A DNA stretch of 63,947 nt, filler included, from Octopus bimaculoides (Eukaryota), in NCBI RefSeq assembly GCF_001194135.2. It is 6 parts of 6 records of this genome, joined end to end, with 100 filler letters (N's around TTAATTAATTAA, not from the genome) between each part and the next. Parts side by side here need not be neighbours in the genome. Positions count along the whole stretch, not along the records: positions 59,395 to 62,401 come from NC_068985.1; positions 62,502 to 63,947 come from NW_026375786.1; 4 more parts are not named here. One strand, 5' to 3'. Below the pieces are notes generated by a model. It was not told the DNA's origin, ran no database searches, and saw only the letters and a program-made list of their open reading frames with translations. Below, in pieces: positions 60,679-63,947 of this stretch (the first letter of the stretch is position 1; every line of letters begins with the position of its first letter). Position numbers and translations under genes: made by a program.

Positions 60679-62350
60679 CGTTAATATATGCGTATGTATA
60701 TGTGTGTATATATTTGCATAAACATATATATATGTGTCTGTGCGCGCGTGTGTATGTGTGTGTGTTTGTGTATGTGTGTGAGAGTGAGAGATAGAAAGAG
60801 AGAGAGTATGTGCGAGTGTGCCCATTTACAATCCTGTGTACATGTATGCATTGCTAATTCTCATTGCTCTTTGGTAGAACAACTAAGAAATATACCAAAA
60901 CTCACTAAACTTTTGGTTTTGTGTTTCGAAATTAATGAAGACTTCGATTGTGAATGAAATAACGAGTGTAAAAAGAAATTTACAATGGTATGATGTGAAA
61001 ATTTTACTTTAATAAAACGTCTTATACGCGGTTATCAAGGTATTGGCATATATTCTTGAAATATCTTCACTATATATGTCATGTATATCAATCCAATCAA
61101 CTTACATCACATATATATGTATTTCCAGCTGGATAACTTTTTCTTTTCCTTATACCTGTTTCAATCATTGCCCTGCGACCATGCTGAGGCACCGCCTTGA
61201 AGAATTTTTGCGGAAGGAGAAAGACATGCCACTTGTCACTCTGAATTATGTCTTTTGACTCACTTTTGCATAATTCATGCACACACACACACAAATGCTC
61301 ACATCACTACTTATATATACATGCATGGATACATAGATATACAAATATATAAAGACAGACATATATGCATATATACGCAGGAATGTGTAAATATGTGCGT
61401 GCGTATGTATACACAGCAATATACCTTGGAATGTGTGCATATGCCCGTGTGAGTACATATGAGTGTATGTCAATATTTATGTCCGTATTTATGAGTGTAC
61501 AAGTGCTATAAGTATGCCAGCTGGACCCAATAAGGTGCACCACAGAAAATGTGACTCCTCACCAAGAGGTATCATATCTCTGGCAGTAATAGGTACCGAC
61601 TTTATTAATACCTACTTAATTGTGTGTGCGAGCGTATGTGCGCCAGACCACGCGTGCATGTGTGTGCCTCTATCTGCGCGTGCGTTTGTACGAGCGAGTG
61701 TACGTGCTAGAAACTACGTTTGTGTGGGTGTTTGTACAACCATATCTACTAACGGTTATATATAATAATTTTTTCGCTGTATTGTGTATTTGTCTTTTTT
61801 TGTATCTTATCGTTGTTATGAATCTTCTATAAGAATGAAACTGCATCTCTAAGTTTGCTATTTCTATATACGAAGACCAAGAAGAAATCATGCAGAAATA
61901 AGTTGTGCAAAACAGAGTCTTATTTTAACGAGATGCTTTTCGAAATCACCTGAGAACATACATCTACACAGAGAGATACAACTAAATCAGTTGTACAGTA
62001 ACCTATCCGCGAGGGATCGAAGTTAGATGGGTCAAAACGATTGGAATGATCGATAAAGATTCTCGTATCTTCCATCATTCGTCTCTCTCGTTAATTGCAT
62101 ATATGAATATATACTCATGAAACTATGTCAGCCTGTCTGTGTGTGTGTGTCTTTCTTCCCAACCTTCTCTCTCTAATGGAGTAAGTGGAACAAGGACACA
62201 CACGAAAACGAAAAGTGTCGCGAAAGAGGTCATAGATATGTGACGAAAGATTTTCGGGTAATGGACAAGAGTTAAAATAATGAAATAAGAAGTGATAAAC
62301 GAGTGAAGAAAAAATATATAGTGTGTGTATTTATTTGGCAAAAAATATGA

Positions 62351-62401
<51 letters not shown>

Positions 62402-62501
62402 NNNNNNNNNNNNNNNNNNNNNNNNNNNNNNNNNNNNNNNNNNNNTTAATTAATTAANNNNNNNNNNNNNNNNNNNNNNNNNNNNNNNNNNNNNNNNNNN
62501 N

Positions 62502-62550
62502 AGATTTCATTATTCTCTTTAACCCGGGCAACGCCGGGTATGTCTGCTAG
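62502..62550 (+). mobile_element. Helitron 3' terminus
   Basis: The hairpin ACCCGG-gcaacg-CCGGGT (62522-62539) lies 7 nt upstream of the terminal CTAG (62547-62550), which is followed by T. Confidence 0.75.
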
Positions 62551-62706
62551 TTTTTTATATATATATATATATAGTTCATTATGTGTATATATATATATAT
62601 ATGTATACATAAATCATCACCACCCATGCTAGCATGGAAGGCGGATGTCAAATGCTGTGTGTGTGTGTGTGTGCATGAGTACATGTGTGTAGGTGTATAA
62701 GAATAC

Positions 62707-62741
<35 letters not shown>

Positions 62742-62999
62742 TTAACTTACAGTCATTTAATTGATGACAAGTTACTCAAAAATGCAAAGTCATTGCAATG
62801 TTTTATATGTGTGTAGGTGAGTGCATGCGTGTGCGCATGCACTTGTGTAACATTAAACAAAACCAAATGTGGAAACAAAGAAAGCAGGTGAAGTTCAGTG
62901 GCTACGCCTAGCTAGGTGCACGTATTCAATTAATATTAGCTGGGAAACAGGATGTAAAATTATGTTTTGTCGTATATATATATATATACATATACATAT

Positions 63000-63165
63000 A
63001 CACGACAGGCTTCTTTCAGTTTCCGTCTACCAAATCCACTCACAAGGCTTTGGTCGGCCCGAGGCTATAGTAGAAGACACTTGCCCAAGGTGCCACGCTG
63101 TGGGACTGAACCCGGAACCATGTGGTTGGTAAGCAAGCTACTTACCACACAGCCACTCCTGCACC
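63000..63165 (-). mobile_element. SINE family 1, head half
   Basis: It is near-identical to 51480-51645. Confidence 0.88.
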
Positions 63166-63194
63166 TTTTGATTAAAGTTCATTCTTTGTTTGAA

Positions 63195-63252
63195 AAAAAA
63201 ATGACTTTTATTTAACACTAAAAAACCGAAATTACTTTCTTGCCAACCCAAT
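63195..63252 (+). mobile_element. mariner TIR remnant
   Basis: The sequence aattactttcttgccaacccaa-TA reverse-complements to TA-TTGGGTTGGCAAGAAAGTAATT. Confidence 0.5.
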
Positions 63253-63581
63253 ATAAATGTATCACTTCTTCTTACAACATTAAGAGTCTTTTAACTCTTA
63301 TTTCTAGCAATATAGGTGCTTTAGCTTCCTTAGTCGTGCTGAGTGATGATTAAATATATATATTCTTTTATTCTTCTATACTTTTCTTTGTCTCAGTTAT
63401 TTGTAGTAGTAGTGGTGGTTGTAACGGTAGTAGTAGTAATAGTAGCTGCGCTACAACTTGTTGTAGTTGAAGTAGTAGCTGTAGTAGAAACTAGTTGTTG
63501 TGATGGTGGTGGTAGCTGTCATGTTAACATTAAGCAGAACCAAAATGCAACAGTTGAGGCTGTAGTTGGAAGTGTACCTAC

Positions 63582-63730
63582 CTGGTGACCAGGTGTTCGG
63601 TGTTCGAATTAGCGTCGTGGACTGGTGGGTAGAGCAGAAAGATGTAAGACTTGTCGGTGTCCACATCAGAATAGGAATTACAAGATTGGTTGTGGCCACC
63701 ACCTTGGATTTGACTGTCCAGTAGAAATAC
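63582..63730 (-). CDS. Candidate internal exon (149 nt) of an unidentified host gene
   Basis: The acceptor is ttactggcttgtctcctttcag|G and the donor is CAG|gtaggt. The segment is non-repetitive and GC-richer than its flanks. Two frames are open: VFLLDSQIQGGGHNQSCNSYSDVDTDKSYIFLLYPPVHDANSNTEHLVT and YFYWTVKSKVVATT...TWSP. Confidence 0.5.
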
Positions 63731-63771
63731 CTGAAAGGAGACAAGCCAGTAAAAGAAACTTCTAAATCATC

Positions 63772-63947
63772 AGTTACTCTTTTGCTTGCTTCAGTCTTTT
63801 GACTGTGGCCATGCTCGAGCATTGCCTTGAACGGTTTTAGTCAAACAAATCGACACCAGGACTTAGTAGTTTAAGCCTAGCATTTATTCTATCGGTTTCT
63901 TTTGCTGAACCGCTAAGTCATGGGGACGTAAACACACCAACACCAGT
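63772..63947 (-). mobile_element. SINE family 1, tail half (runs off the window)
   Basis: The sequence gactgtggccatgct.gagca..gcctt...ggggacgtaaacacacc matches 51030-51170. Confidence 0.85.

Noticed and set aside
61495-61600. Short unique segment that might be an exon
   Set aside because: Splice signals are weak on both strands and the peptide is not recognisable.

Overview
This is an AT-rich, repeat-saturated animal genomic window with about 6 kb of N in roughly 19 gaps. Five gaps contain an artificial N44-TTAATTAATTAA-N44 scaffolding spacer. The SINE, LINE and microsatellite content resembles an octopus (coleoid cephalopod) genome; that assignment is from recall and is not verified. No intact protein-coding gene is present. 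Positions 1-39.4 kb are a dense nested cluster of about 18 segments from several divergent R4/Dong-clade non-LTR retrotransposon lineages (RT, CCHC knuckle, restriction-like endonuclease). They sit at (TAA)n-type trinucleotide tracts and are interrupted by a full-length mariner, TTAA-flanked MITEs, RTE, CR1 and L1/Tx1-like fragments, and tRNA-derived SINEs. Positions 39.4-64 kb switch to dinucleotide microsatellites, SINEs, Penelope-like remnants, Tc1/mariner and Helitron-type ends. The best leads are: (1) a tandem covarying RNA motif plus a decayed hammerhead-like core in the 5' leader of one Dong element; (2) a foldback element with outward-facing tRNA-like heads; (3) a clean candidate exon at 63582-63730 on the minus strand; (4) a decayed tandem CUB-domain-like segment; (5) a SINE tail shared with CR1 3' ends; and (6) template-switch scars at the junctions of the youngest Dong family. 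Element boundaries were read by eye and are approximate except where TSDs, TIRs or splice sites are given.
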